Source: a virus
Virus record (IMG/VR): IMGVR_UViG_3300045988_107369
Length of the DNA: 39,456 nucleotides
Direction: 5' to 3' (one strand)
This document shows positions 14,845 to 24,572 of the stretch, in pieces. Positions within the stretch are counted from its first letter, which is position 1. Each line of letters opens with the position of its first letter. Position numbers and translations under genes: made by a program. Below the pieces are notes generated by a model that saw only the letters and a program-made list of their open reading frames with translations, searched no databases and had not been told where the DNA came from.

Positions 14845-16225
14845 CGAGCGTATCCGCAGAGCGGCACGCATTGAGCTTGCGCGGCGCGACTTCTGGGCGT
14901 TCTGCAAGCTGATGGCGCCGGACTTCTACCGCGAGGACAGGCCGTACCTCAAAACACTGTGTCGGCGCTTACAGGCGTTCTGTGAGAGCGACCGCAAGGT
15001 GTTGGTGGTCAATATGCCGCCGCGACACGGCAAGAGCCGCACGGCGGTGCTGCTGAGCCAATGGTTGTTTGGGCGCGATCCGTCCGAGCAGATCATGACC
15101 GGCAGCTACAACGAAACGCTGTCCACGACGTTCGCACGGGCGGTCCGCGACGGCATTGCGGAGGAACGGTTTGACCCGAGCCGCATTGTGTTTTCGGACA
15201 TTTTCCCGCAGACCCGCATCAAGTACGGCGAGGCCGCCGCAGGCAAGTGGGCGCTTGAGGGACAGTACGCGAGTTACCTCGCTACCTCTCCGGGCGGCAC
15301 GGCGACCGGCTTCGGCGCACGCAAGCTGATTCTCGATGACCTGATCAAGAAAGCCGAGGAGGCGTTCAACGAGGGCGCACTCGACAAGCAGTGGCAGTGG
15401 TTCACGGACACGATGCTGTCCCGAACCGAAACCGGCTACAAGATCGTTATTATCATGACGCGCTGGGCGACCGGCGACCTCGCAGGCCGTGCGCTGGAGC
15501 ACTGGCCGGATGCGGAACTCATCACGATGAAAGCCTTGCAGGACGACGGCACCATGCTGTGCGACGCGGTTCTCACCCGCGAGGACTACGAGGACAAGGT
15601 TCGCACGATGAGCGAGGAAATCGCCAGCGCGAACTATCAGCAGCAGCCGATTGACCTCAAAGGCCGTCTGTACAGCAGCTTCAAGACCTATACGGACATT
15701 CCGAGGGACGAGCACGGCAATCCACTGTTTACGCATATCCGCAGCTACACGGACACGGCGGACACCGGCGCGGACTATTTGTGCAGCATCATTTACGGCG
15801 AGTACGCGCACGAAGCCTATGTGCTCGACATCTACTACACCAAAGCCCCGATGGAAGTGACCGAGCCGGAAACCGCACGGCGGCTGCTGGCGCACGGCGT
15901 GAACCTCGCCAAAATCGAGAGCAACAACGGCGGCCGCGGCTTTGCCCGCAACGTGCAGGAGCAGCTTCGGCGGCTCGGCTCCAACCGCTGCCGTGTGGAG
16001 TGGTTCCACCAGAGCGAGAACAAGGTCGCGCGTATCCTGACGGGCTCGACGTGGGTGCAGGATCACATTTATTTTCCGGTGAACTGGCGCGACCGCTGGC
16101 CGGAGTACGCAAAAGCAATGTTACATTACCAGAAAGAGGGCAAGAATGCCCATGATGACGCTCCCGACGCCACGACCGGCGTTGCGGAGCAGTTCAACAG
16201 GAAAGGAGGGGTCAGCGTATGGTGA
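14837..16225 (+). CDS. terL: Terminase large subunit
   Basis: Walker A is NMPPRHGKS, with LILDD-type Walker B and C-terminal nuclease-region Asp residues. 462 aa. Confidence 0.93.
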   Translation: MVDERIRRAARIELARRDFWAFCKLMAPDFYREDRPYLKTLCRRLQAFCESDRKVLVVNMPPRHGKSRTAVLLSQWLFGRDPSEQIMTGSYNETLSTTFARAVRDGIAEERFDPSRIVFSDIFPQTRIKYGEAAAGKWALEGQYASYLATSPGGTATGFGARKLILDDLIKKAEEAFNEGALDKQWQWFTDTMLSRTETGYKIVIIMTRWATGDLAGRALEHWPDAELITMKALQDDGTMLCDAVLTREDYEDKVRTMSEEIASANYQQQPIDLKGRLYSSFKTYTDIPRDEHGNPLFTHIRSYTDTADTGADYLCSIIYGEYAHEAYVLDIYYTKAPMEVTEPETARRLLAHGVNLAKIESNNGGRGFARNVQEQLRRLGSNRCRVEWFHQSENKVARILTGSTWVQDHIYFPVNWRDRWPEYAKAMLHYQKEGKNAHDDAPDATTGVAEQFNRKGGVSVW

Positions 16226-17583
16226 AAGTGAACAGCCGCACGATTCAGCGGCTTTTACAGGGGCACGGGCAGTTTATCCGCGAGGCGGACGAGGCGCGGC
16301 GCTATTACAGCAACGTCAACCGCATCAAGCAGGACAACAGCGTTTTGCAGCGGCAGGCAGAGACCGAACAGACACTCGGCAATCCGCTGCACCTCGCGGA
16401 CAACCGTATTTCGCATTCGTGGCATAACCTGCTCGTGACGCAAAAGGTTTCCTACGCGCTGAGCTATCCGCCGGTGTTTGACGTGGGGAACAAGACCGCC
16501 AACGAGCGGATCGCAGAGATTCTCGGAGATCAGTACACCGCAACGGCCATGCAGCTGGGCATTGACGCGAGCAACACCTCGGTCGGCTGGCTGCATTACT
16601 GGCGCGGCGCAGACGACAGGTTCCGCTACCACACCGTAGATCCGGAACAGATCGTGCCGGTGTTCTCCGGTACGCTGGAGAGCGATCTCGTCGGCGTGCT
16701 GCGCTGCTACACCATGCTCGACCCGCAGAGCGGACAGACCGTGCAGGTGTGCGAATACTGGGACGACACGACCTGCCGGTTCTACCGTCAGAACGGCGTG
16801 TCCGGCAACTACACCTACTTCGAGTATCCGAAAGTCGGACAGGAGCTGCGGCACGGCCTCGGCGCGGTGCCGTTCATCCCGTTCTACAACAACGCCGACC
16901 GGCGGGGCGATCTGCCGCTGTACCGCGACCTGATCGACGCCTACGACAAGGTGGTTTCCGGCTTCGCCAACGATATGGAGGACGTGCAGGAGGTCATCTT
17001 CGTCATCAAGAACTACGGCGGCACGGACAAGACCGAGTTCATGAGCGACCTCAAAAAGAGCAAGCTCATCAAGGTCGAGGGGGACGGTGGCGTGGACACC
17101 ATTCGCGCGGAGATCCCGTTTGAGGCGCGGAACGCTTTCCTCGAAAGAACCCGCCGTCAGATCTTCGTCAGCGGCATGGGCGTTGACCCGAACCCTGAGA
17201 ATTTCGGCAACTCGTCCGGCGTGGCGCTCAAGTACCTGTACAGCCTGCTGGAGCTGAAGGCCGGCATGATGGAAACGCAGTTCCGCTCCGGCTTTGCCGA
17301 GCTGGTGCGTGCTATCTGCCGCTTGGAGGGTATCGCGCAGCCGAAGCGCATTCTCCAGACCTGGACGCGCAACATGGTCCAGAACGACCTTGAAACCGCA
17401 CAGATCGCACAGCAGTCGGTCGGCATTATTTCGGACAGAACGATACTTGCAAACCATCCGTGGGTAGACGATGCCGAGAGCGAGCAAAAGCAGTTGGAAA
17501 AGGAACAGCAGGCAGCAGCCGAGAAGCAGCCGCAGTTTCAGTTTCCACCAAAGGACGGTGTAGGCGATGGCAGCAGCGGATAA
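16219..17583 (+). CDS. Portal protein (SPP1 gp6-like)
   Basis: 454 aa, directly after terL. Contains NRISHSWHNLLVTQKVSYAL and the typical acidic C-terminus. Confidence 0.9.
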   Translation: MVKVNSRTIQRLLQGHGQFIREADEARRYYSNVNRIKQDNSVLQRQAETEQTLGNPLHLADNRISHSWHNLLVTQKVSYALSYPPVFDVGNKTANERIAEILGDQYTATAMQLGIDASNTSVGWLHYWRGADDRFRYHTVDPEQIVPVFSGTLESDLVGVLRCYTMLDPQSGQTVQVCEYWDDTTCRFYRQNGVSGNYTYFEYPKVGQELRHGLGAVPFIPFYNNADRRGDLPLYRDLIDAYDKVVSGFANDMEDVQEVIFVIKNYGGTDKTEFMSDLKKSKLIKVEGDGGVDTIRAEIPFEARNAFLERTRRQIFVSGMGVDPNPENFGNSSGVALKYLYSLLELKAGMMETQFRSGFAELVRAICRLEGIAQPKRILQTWTRNMVQNDLETAQIAQQSVGIISDRTILANHPWVDDAESEQKQLEKEQQAAAEKQPQFQFPPKDGVGDGSSG

Positions 17584-19054
17584 GCTGAACGGCGCGTACT
17601 GGCGCAAACGTGCCATCGAGCTCGCCGAAAAGCAGAAACGAGAGGATGACGACTTGTGCTTGCGCTTTCATCGGGAGTATGAGCGCATTCTGCACGAACT
17701 GGACAAGGAAATCTCGATTTTCTACGCCAGATACGCCGAGAACGAAAGCGTCAGCATGGCAGATGCACGCAGGCTGCTGCGGGATGCCGAGCTGGAGGAC
17801 TTCCAGATGTCGCTGGACGAGTTCCGCGACAAGGCGCTTGCCGGCGGCTTTGACAAGGAATTGGAGGAGGTTTATCTCCGGTCGCGTATCTCGCGCTTAC
17901 AGGCGTTGCAGACGCAGGTGGAGCTGCGGATGAGGGAACTGTTCGGCTCTCAGCGCGATGTGCTGCGCGACCATTTGCAGGAGCGCTACACCGACACCTA
18001 CTACCGCACGGTGTACGCTGTCAGTCAGCAGATGAATGTTGCAAGCACATTCGCTCGCATTGACCCGCAGACGGTCGAGAAGATACTAGCCGTGCCGTGG
18101 CTCGGCAGTGAGTTTTCCTCCCGCATCTGGGCGGACAAGGACAAGCTGACCCGTGAGCTGATGCAGACGCTCTCGCGCGGCTTTGTCCGCGGCGACTCGC
18201 TCGATCGCATGACGAAAGAGTTCACCCAGCGCATGGGCGTGTCCGAGAGCAGGGCGGCAACGCTCATTCACACCGAGAGCGCCCATATGGCGGCTGAGGC
18301 CGCCGAACAGGGATACCGGGAAACCGGTGTCCAGTCCTATCGGTTCGAGGCGGCGCTCGACCTCAAGACCTGCACGGTGTGCGGCGCTCTGGATCAGCGC
18401 GAGTTTCCGCTCGCGGAGCGTGAAACCGGCATTAACTATCCGCCGCTGCACCCACGCTGCCGGTGTACCACCGTTCCGGTGACGGAGTTCCAGATCGGCA
18501 GTAAGCGTGCCGCCAGAAATCCCGCGACCGGCAAGACCGAGTATGTCGAGAAAGGTATGACATATGAGGAATGGCATAAGAAATATGTTGAAAACGACCC
18601 GGAAAGTGCTATACTGGAATTGAACAAGCGCGAAACAAGCGCACTGCAGAAGTATGTCAGTGTGGCCAGCTATTCGCTAAACGATAAGCTGCGCCGAGGT
18701 GAATCACTCAGCGAAGCGGAACAGCGCTGGACGAAACGGCTTGACAAGGCGCTGGATAAACTTCCAGTGTACGAGGGAACGGTATATCGTTCTCTGTCCA
18801 GTGACATGATACCAGATAAAGCTGCTTTTCTGGCAGCGCATGAGGTTGACGCGATCGTTACATACGACGCATACACGTCTACTTCTACGGAGGTATATGA
18901 CTCGGATATGGATATTCAGCTGGTTATTCAGAGTAAGACCGGCAGAGATATGCGTGGTATCAACACAATCGAAAAGGAAATCCTTTTCAAGAGAGAATCG
19001 CGTTTCATTGTTGACAGAAAGGAGGGCAACACCATATGGATGACAGAAATTTAA
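17567..19054 (+). CDS. Minor head protein (SPP1 gp7 / Mu F-like) fused to a C-terminal ADP-ribosyltransferase domain
   Basis: The N-terminal two-thirds has the gp7/MuF pattern including CTVCGALD...HPRCRC. The C-terminus has the R-S-E ART triad: VYRS, YTSTST and EKEILF, preceded by LQKYVS..SYSLNDKLRRG. Confidence 0.85.
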   Translation: MAAADKLNGAYWRKRAIELAEKQKREDDDLCLRFHREYERILHELDKEISIFYARYAENESVSMADARRLLRDAELEDFQMSLDEFRDKALAGGFDKELEEVYLRSRISRLQALQTQVELRMRELFGSQRDVLRDHLQERYTDTYYRTVYAVSQQMNVASTFARIDPQTVEKILAVPWLGSEFSSRIWADKDKLTRELMQTLSRGFVRGDSLDRMTKEFTQRMGVSESRAATLIHTESAHMAAEAAEQGYRETGVQSYRFEAALDLKTCTVCGALDQREFPLAERETGINYPPLHPRCRCTTVPVTEFQIGSKRAARNPATGKTEYVEKGMTYEEWHKKYVENDPESAILELNKRETSALQKYVSVASYSLNDKLRRGESLSEAEQRWTKRLDKALDKLPVYEGTVYRSLSSDMIPDKAAFLAAHEVDAIVTYDAYTSTSTEVYDSDMDIQLVIQSKTGRDMRGINTIEKEILFKRESRFIVDRKEGNTIWMTEI

Positions 19055-19311
19055 CCTTTGAGGACTTCAAAAGGCTGTCACCCGAGGAACGCAACAGGCG
19101 ATATGAAGAACTGTCCGATCATGACAAGTTTCTGGCACGCTGTTCGCAGCCGTCTGGCGTTCATGGTGTGCTGTGCAATACCTGTATCCACCGAAAGCGG
19201 GTATGCTGCAAGGCGTTTCCGGATGGTATCCCGGGCGAGCATATGAATAAGCTGGAGGAAAACCCGGCAATCGAATGTGCACCGGGCGTTCACTATCAAC
19301 CAAAGACTTAG
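19036..19311 (+). CDS. Cys-rich hypothetical protein (91 aa)
   Basis: SD AAAGGAGG. Several Cys residues (CNTCIHRKRVCC). Confidence 0.5.
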   Translation: MDDRNLTFEDFKRLSPEERNRRYEELSDHDKFLARCSQPSGVHGVLCNTCIHRKRVCCKAFPDGIPGEHMNKLEENPAIECAPGVHYQPKT

Positions 19312-19341
19312 TCATCAAGACCGTACATTGGAAAGATAACA

Positions 19342-19578
19342 ATGGATCTCATTCAGCACATGAAAAAGCTGCTCGGCACCGAGCGCCCATACGACAAAGC
19401 GCATCGCCTCAAGGTGGAATGCACGGACGGCATTGTGCTGACCGGCAAATTCGTCACCGTGGTAGGTGCGTTGGACAATGAACCGGAAATTGCAGAGCTG
19501 ATTATCCGGCGCGACGACAACGGCGTTCTGACCGGAATGCTGGAAACCGAAATCAAAACAGTAGAACTGATGGACTAA
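19342..19578 (+). CDS. Hypothetical protein (78 aa)
   Basis: ORF followed directly by a terminator. Confidence 0.45.
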   Translation: MDLIQHMKKLLGTERPYDKAHRLKVECTDGIVLTGKFVTVVGALDNEPEIAELIIRRDDNGVLTGMLETEIKTVELMD

Positions 19579-19610
19579 ACCACCAAGGATTCAATCCAAG
19601 GTGGTTTTTT
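19578..19610 (+). terminator. Intrinsic terminator
   Basis: AACCACC..GGA-TTCAA-TCC..GGTGGTT followed by TTTT. Confidence 0.55.
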
Positions 19611-19643
19611 CATACTCATTTTTCGATGAAAGGAGCAAAAACA

Positions 19644-20249
19644 ATGGAATTTCTCAAATCCCTTTTTGAAAAGGGCGCACTGACCTGGGAGCAGTTCCAG
19701 CAGGCCGCAAAGGACGCAAAGTTTGAGGTGGTCAACGCCGCCGGCGGCGCTTACGTTCCCAAGGCCGATCTGGACACCAAGACGCAGGAGCTGACCACGG
19801 CGAACAACACCATCAAGGACCTGCGTGCCGCCGCCAAGGCGTGGGACGGCAAGGACCCGAAGAAGCTGGAGGACGACCTCAAGACCCTCCAGAGCAAGTA
19901 CGACACCGACACCGCGAACATCCGCCGCGACGCTGCCATTGACCTGGCGCTGACCCGTGCCCACGCACGCGATCCGCAGCTGACCCGCGCGGCGCTCTCG
20001 ATGGATGACATCAAGATCGGCGCAGACGGCAAGATCACCGGCCTTGACGCGCAGGTCGAAAGTCTGAAAAAGGACAAGGCATGGCTGTTCGAGGAGGACG
20101 GCGCAGGTCAGTCCGGCAAGCAGGGCGACAAGGGCGGAAACCCGAACGGCGGTCAGGGCGGCGGCTACAATCCGCAGTCCGGCGGCAAGCCGAACACGGT
20201 AAACGACCTCGGTTCCGCTCTCGCAGAAGTATACAACACCAAAGGATAA
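19644..20249 (+). CDS. Scaffolding protein (phage GP20-like)
   Basis: Contains YVPKADLDTKTQELTTANNTIKDL and LKKDKAWLFEE. Gly-rich tail. Directly upstream of the capsid gene. ATG 19644 follows AAAGGAG. Confidence 0.8.
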   Translation: MEFLKSLFEKGALTWEQFQQAAKDAKFEVVNAAGGAYVPKADLDTKTQELTTANNTIKDLRAAAKAWDGKDPKKLEDDLKTLQSKYDTDTANIRRDAAIDLALTRAHARDPQLTRAALSMDDIKIGADGKITGLDAQVESLKKDKAWLFEEDGAGQSGKQGDKGGNPNGGQGGGYNPQSGGKPNTVNDLGSALAEVYNTKG

Positions 20250-20266
20250 AGAAAGGAAGATGAAAA

Positions 20267-21271
20267 ATGCCTATCACTCTCGCACAGGCAAAGGTCGGCA
20301 TGGCAAACCATGTGGACCAGCAGGTTATTGACCAGTTCCGCCGCGGCTCCATGCTGCTGAACGCACTGACGTTTGACAACTCGGTTTCCCCCGGCACGGG
20401 CGGCTCGACCCTGACCTATGGCTACACCCAGCTCAAGACCCCGGCAGGTGCGGACTTCCGCGACATCAACGCCGACTACATCGAGACCGTTGCCGACCGC
20501 GAAACCAAGTCGGTTGACCTCAAGATTTTCGGCGGCACGTTCAAGATCGACCGCGTTCTCGCGAATACCGCAAACGGTCAGATCAACGAGGTGCAGTTCC
20601 AGCTGGAGGAGCACATCAAGGCGACCACCAACCTGTTCCACTACACCGCCATCAACGGAGACAAGGGCACCAAGGGCTTTGACGGTCTGGACACGCTGCT
20701 TGTCGGCACCTCGACCGAAATCAACGCCGACGCCTCCAAGGCGATCGACCTGTCCACCTCGGCGGCGATCGACACCAACTACAAGACCGTGCTCGATATG
20801 CTCGACGAGTTCCTCTCCGAGCTGGACGGTGTGCCGACTATGCTCATCGGCAACGCGGCGCTGCTGACCAAGATCCGTTCCTGCGCCCGCCGTGCGGGTT
20901 ATCTGACCCACTCTGAGGACGCTTTCGGCCGTCAGATGAGCGGTTACAACGGCATTCCGTTCATGGATATGCAGTATTACTACGACACCGCCGAGAAGAA
21001 GGAAAAGCCGGTCGTGCCGATCACGTCGCGTGAATACGGCGCGTCCTCGTCCAAGACCACCGTTACCGGTCTGACCGACCTGTACGCTGTCCGTCTGGGC
21101 TTGGACGGTTTCCACGCCGTCTCTCCGATGGGCGGCAAGGTGATCTCGACCACGCTGCCGGATTTCAGCACCGCAGGCCCGGTCAAGGCCGGTGATGTCG
21201 AGATGGTAGCCGCAACCGTGCTCAAGAAGTCCCGCGCTGCCGGCGTGCTGCGTAACTTCAAGGTAAAGTGA
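20267..21271 (+). CDS. Major capsid protein
   Basis: 334 aa directly after the scaffold gene. Strong SD and highly expressed-looking composition. Confidence 0.85.
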   Translation: MPITLAQAKVGMANHVDQQVIDQFRRGSMLLNALTFDNSVSPGTGGSTLTYGYTQLKTPAGADFRDINADYIETVADRETKSVDLKIFGGTFKIDRVLANTANGQINEVQFQLEEHIKATTNLFHYTAINGDKGTKGFDGLDTLLVGTSTEINADASKAIDLSTSAAIDTNYKTVLDMLDEFLSELDGVPTMLIGNAALLTKIRSCARRAGYLTHSEDAFGRQMSGYNGIPFMDMQYYYDTAEKKEKPVVPITSREYGASSSKTTVTGLTDLYAVRLGLDGFHAVSPMGGKVISTTLPDFSTAGPVKAGDVEMVAATVLKKSRAAGVLRNFKVK

Positions 21272-21281
21272 GGGAACTGAC

Positions 21282-21545
21282 ATGTACAAGATCAAGGCAC
21301 CGAACGAGGAGTACGACCGCAAGATCGGCGGCGTGCAGTTCGTCAGTGGTGAGGCACAGACGGATAACGAGTGGCTTGCAAGCTGGTTCTCCGGCCGTCC
21401 GGGCTTTACCGTAGAAACCGTGACCGCCGAGGAGGAAACCGAGCCGACCGAGGACAAACCGAGGGGGAAGCGCAGAAATGACAAGGGAAACGCTGATGCT
21501 GCGGGCGCAAAGTCTGCTGCCGAACCTGCCGCAGGAAACGCTTGA
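21282..21545 (+). CDS. Hypothetical head-associated protein (87 aa)
   Basis: Compact N-terminal domain plus a disordered acidic/basic tail. Its 3' end overlaps the next gene by 68 nt. Confidence 0.45.
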   Translation: MYKIKAPNEEYDRKIGGVQFVSGEAQTDNEWLASWFSGRPGFTVETVTAEEETEPTEDKPRGKRRNDKGNADAAGAKSAAEPAAGNA

Positions 21546-21828
21546 GTTCGCCTGCGATCTGGTGCTCGAGCAGATCTGTAACTACTGCAATCTGACCGAG
21601 GCGCCGGACGGCCTGACGAACACCGCAGCGCTTATGGTGCGCGGCCTGGTAAACAGCGTTCAGCTCCAGAACGAGAATATGCAGCCTGCCGCAAAGGGCG
21701 TGTCCAGAGGGGATACGTCCTTTTCCTTTGCAACGGCGGCGGAGCAGCTGGCGGCGCTGGCAGGCTCGGGCGACTTCCTCACCGACTACAAGGCGCAGCT
21801 GAACGCCTATCGAAAGATGAGGTGGTAG
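21478..21828 (+). CDS. Head-tail connector (gp6-like)
   Basis: Position and size fit. SD GAGGGGGA. ATG 21496 is an alternative start. Confidence 0.6.
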   Translation: MTRETLMLRAQSLLPNLPQETLEFACDLVLEQICNYCNLTEAPDGLTNTAALMVRGLVNSVQLQNENMQPAAKGVSRGDTSFSFATAAEQLAALAGSGDFLTDYKAQLNAYRKMRW

Positions 21829-21829
21829 T

Positions 21830-22195
21830 ATGCTCGGCAATCCGGAGCTGGAGCGTGCGCTGCTCGAGCAGACCTATGACGGCGTGATGACCGTCACCGG
21901 CACAAGTAAACAGGAAGTGGGCGGCGAAACCGTTGTTACACCGGACGCGGTGCTGCACGAGAATATCCCGTGTGCGTTGTCGTTTTCCGGCACACCGGAC
22001 AGCAAAACGGACGCAAACAGCGGTCAGATCAGCTATCAGGCGACGATCTACTGTGCGCCGGAGCTGACGATTCCGGCAGGCTGCCGCCTTGCGGTTCAGC
22101 AGTACGGCGCGACCTATCGGCTGAAATACAGCGGCGAAAGCGTGGTCTATCCGACCCATCAGCAGCTTTCTGCCGTCCGAGAGGAGCGAGCGTAA
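21830..22195 (+). CDS. Putative head closure / head-tail adaptor protein
   Basis: Assigned by position and size (121 aa) in the connector block. Confidence 0.45.
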   Translation: MLGNPELERALLEQTYDGVMTVTGTSKQEVGGETVVTPDAVLHENIPCALSFSGTPDSKTDANSGQISYQATIYCAPELTIPAGCRLAVQQYGATYRLKYSGESVVYPTHQQLSAVREERA

Positions 22196-22644
22196 TGGCA
22201 AGCTGGGGAAGCTGTGATTTTCACGAGCTGCGCGACTTGAACGAACGCATTAAGGCCGCCGCCAGCGAACCGGAGATGGACAAGTTCTATACAGAGCTGC
22301 TCGATAAGATGATGAATGATTTGTTGGCTGATGTTATTGAACTGACACCGCCCGGTCCAAGCGGACACCTGCACCGTAACTGGTTTACGACGAAAGCACG
22401 GCGCAGTGGCAAGCATTATCGTGCAGAAATCTACAACAACATTGAGTACGCGCCGTTCGTCGAGAACGGCCACCGGCAGGAGGTCGGACGGTATGTTCCG
22501 GCTATTGGCAAACGTCTGGTTCGCAGTTTCGTTGAAGGAAAGCACATGCTGCGCAATGGCATGTTCGATCTCCAGAAAGCTGCGCCCGATATTATCAAGA
22601 CCAAGAGTGAGGAATTTCTCAGCCGCATGATGGAGGGCAAATGA
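22195..22644 (+). CDS. HK97 gp10-like head-tail joining protein
   Basis: Contains PPGPSGHLHRNWF and NNIEYAPFVENGH, typical of the gp10 family. TAATG start overlap. Confidence 0.7.
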   Translation: MASWGSCDFHELRDLNERIKAAASEPEMDKFYTELLDKMMNDLLADVIELTPPGPSGHLHRNWFTTKARRSGKHYRAEIYNNIEYAPFVENGHRQEVGRYVPAIGKRLVRSFVEGKHMLRNGMFDLQKAAPDIIKTKSEEFLSRMMEGK

Positions 22645-23051
22645 TTAACGTAGTACAGGAAATCGTCGATAAGCTGCGCACGGTCTATCCATCGGCGCAG
22701 TACGACATTTACACCGAGCGTATCGAGCAGGGCTTCTCTGCGCCGTGCTTCTCCATTCGGCAGCTTCGTGCGGACGTCACGCCGTACCCGTCCGGTCTGC
22801 ATGAGATCGTGCAGCACATGGACGTGCGGTTCTTCCCGTCGGACGGCCGTCCGCAGGAGCAGTGCCGGGAAGTTGCACAGACGCTCACGCTGTTGCTGCG
22901 GCGCACAGAAAGCCTGCGCGGGAGCAATCTCTCGTGGGAAATTACAGACGAGGTACTGCATTTCTTTGCGGACTACCGGCAGTTTGTCCGGGAAGTCCCG
23001 GAAGATATTCCGATGGAGAATTTGCAGACCACCGTAGGAACGGAGACTTAA
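22641..23051 (+). CDS. Putative tail completion / sheath-terminator protein
   Basis: Assigned by position only, upstream of the sheath gene. Confidence 0.4.
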   Translation: MINVVQEIVDKLRTVYPSAQYDIYTERIEQGFSAPCFSIRQLRADVTPYPSGLHEIVQHMDVRFFPSDGRPQEQCREVAQTLTLLLRRTESLRGSNLSWEITDEVLHFFADYRQFVREVPEDIPMENLQTTVGTET

Positions 23052-23052
23052 C

Positions 23053-23235
23053 ATGGCAGTCAAACGCAAAACAGAGGCAGGAGCACCGGCGTTTACCGGC
23101 GCACAGCTCCTGACCTTCGACAGATACCGCGAGCGGCGCGACCTGCTGGGTGTGCTGCTCGACAAGGATCAGCGCTACACCTTTTCCGAGGTGGACGCGC
23201 TCATTGATAACTTTATGAAAGGCAAGGTGAATTAA
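23053..23235 (+). CDS. Hypothetical protein (60 aa)
   Basis: Tightly packed ORF with an SD. Confidence 0.45.
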   Translation: MAVKRKTEAGAPAFTGAQLLTFDRYRERRDLLGVLLDKDQRYTFSEVDALIDNFMKGKVN

Positions 23236-24558
23236 ATGGCTTTAGGCGGCGGTATGTATACCGTACAGAACAAGGTGCTGCCCGGTGCATACATCAACTT
23301 TGTGTCGGCGGCGCGTGCGTCTGCGACCCTGGGCGACCGCGGCACGGCGGCTTTCCCGCTGTCCCTCGACTGGGGACCGGAGAACGAGGTCGTGACCATC
23401 GAGAACAGCGAGTTCCAGAAGGGCTCACTTGCGCTGACCGGCTACGCCTACACGGCGGACGAGCTGCGTCCGCTGCGCGAGATCTTTGCAAACGCCAAGA
23501 CGCTGCACCTGTTCCGTCTGAACAGCGGCGGTGCAAAGGCAGCATGCAAGTACGCAGAGGCGAAGTATCCGGGCAAGATCGGCAACGAACTGAAAATCGT
23601 CATTCAGCAGAACGAGGGTTTCACGGCATCGACAAACGAGGTCTACGATGTTTCGACCTACCTCGGCACGACCCTTGTAGACACGCAGAAGGCGGTGAAG
23701 GCGGTTTCCGACCTCGAGGACAACGACTATCTGCACTGGAAGGGCAGTGAGGCGCTGACCGAGAACGCAGGCCTGCTGCTCACCGGCGGCACGACCGGCG
23801 CGGTGCAGGATGCGGCGTACCAGACGTTCCTCGACAAGATCGAGCCGTACAGCTTCAACGCGGTCGGCTGCGACACGAAGAACAGCACGGTCAAGGGCCT
23901 GTTCGCCAACTGGACGCGCCGCCTGCGTGATGAGCAGGGCGTGAAGTTCCAGTGCGTGCTGCATGGTTATCCCTCGGCAGACTATGAGGGCGTGATTTCC
24001 GTCAAGAACGGTCTGGTCGGTGCATCTGACGACCCGTCGGCTGTCTACTGGACGACCGGCGCGGAATCTGCGTGCGCGGTCAACCGCTCGATGACCAACT
24101 CGACCTACACCGGCGAGTACAACATCGACACGAACTACACGCAGACCCAGCTTGAAAAGGCGATCAAGGCCGGTGAGTTCACGTTCCACCGTGTGGGCGA
24201 CCAGACGCGCGTGCTGACCGACATCAACACCTTTGTGTCCGTCACGGACGAAAAGAGCGCGGATTTCTCGTCCAATCAGGTCATGCGCGTGCTCGACCAG
24301 ATTGCGAATGACATTGCATCGCTGTTTAACTCGAAGTACCTCGGCAAAGTCCAGAACGACGCCTCCGGCCGCGTGAGCCTGTGGAGCGACATTGTAGCGC
24401 ATCACAACCAGCTCCAGACCATCCGCGCCATTGAGAACTTTGACAGCAGCAGCGTCACCGTGTCGCAGGGCGACATGAAGAAGTCCGTTGCGGTCGAGGA
24501 CCATGTACAGCCGGTTTCCGCGATGGAACAGCTTTACATGAAGGTAATCGTTGAATAA
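23236..24558 (+). CDS. Contractile tail sheath protein (XkdK-like)
   Basis: 440 aa. N-terminus VLPGAYINFVSA..GDRGTAAFPL is typical of PBSX-type sheaths. Confidence 0.9.
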   Translation: MALGGGMYTVQNKVLPGAYINFVSAARASATLGDRGTAAFPLSLDWGPENEVVTIENSEFQKGSLALTGYAYTADELRPLREIFANAKTLHLFRLNSGGAKAACKYAEAKYPGKIGNELKIVIQQNEGFTASTNEVYDVSTYLGTTLVDTQKAVKAVSDLEDNDYLHWKGSEALTENAGLLLTGGTTGAVQDAAYQTFLDKIEPYSFNAVGCDTKNSTVKGLFANWTRRLRDEQGVKFQCVLHGYPSADYEGVISVKNGLVGASDDPSAVYWTTGAESACAVNRSMTNSTYTGEYNIDTNYTQTQLEKAIKAGEFTFHRVGDQTRVLTDINTFVSVTDEKSADFSSNQVMRVLDQIANDIASLFNSKYLGKVQNDASGRVSLWSDIVAHHNQLQTIRAIENFDSSSVTVSQGDMKKSVAVEDHVQPVSAMEQLYMKVIVE

Positions 24559-24572
24559 AGGAGGGAAAAGTC

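Noticed and set aside
14969-17616. 365-aa and 453-aa minus-strand ORFs opposite terL and the portal gene
   Set aside because: These are antisense shadows of genes with unmistakable terminase and portal motifs. Composition is dominated by R/A/L/V/G/H, and no ribosome-binding sites are present.
20165-21484. 439-aa minus-strand ORF opposite the capsid gene
   Set aside because: Same reasoning: it is antisense to the major capsid gene, with low-complexity Arg/Gly/Val-rich translation.
21478-21545. 68-nt overlap between ORF 21282..21545 and the connector gene as a second programmed frameshift
   Set aside because: There is no slippery heptamer in phase. The overlap is more simply explained by a disordered C-terminal tail or by the connector starting at the downstream ATG 21496.
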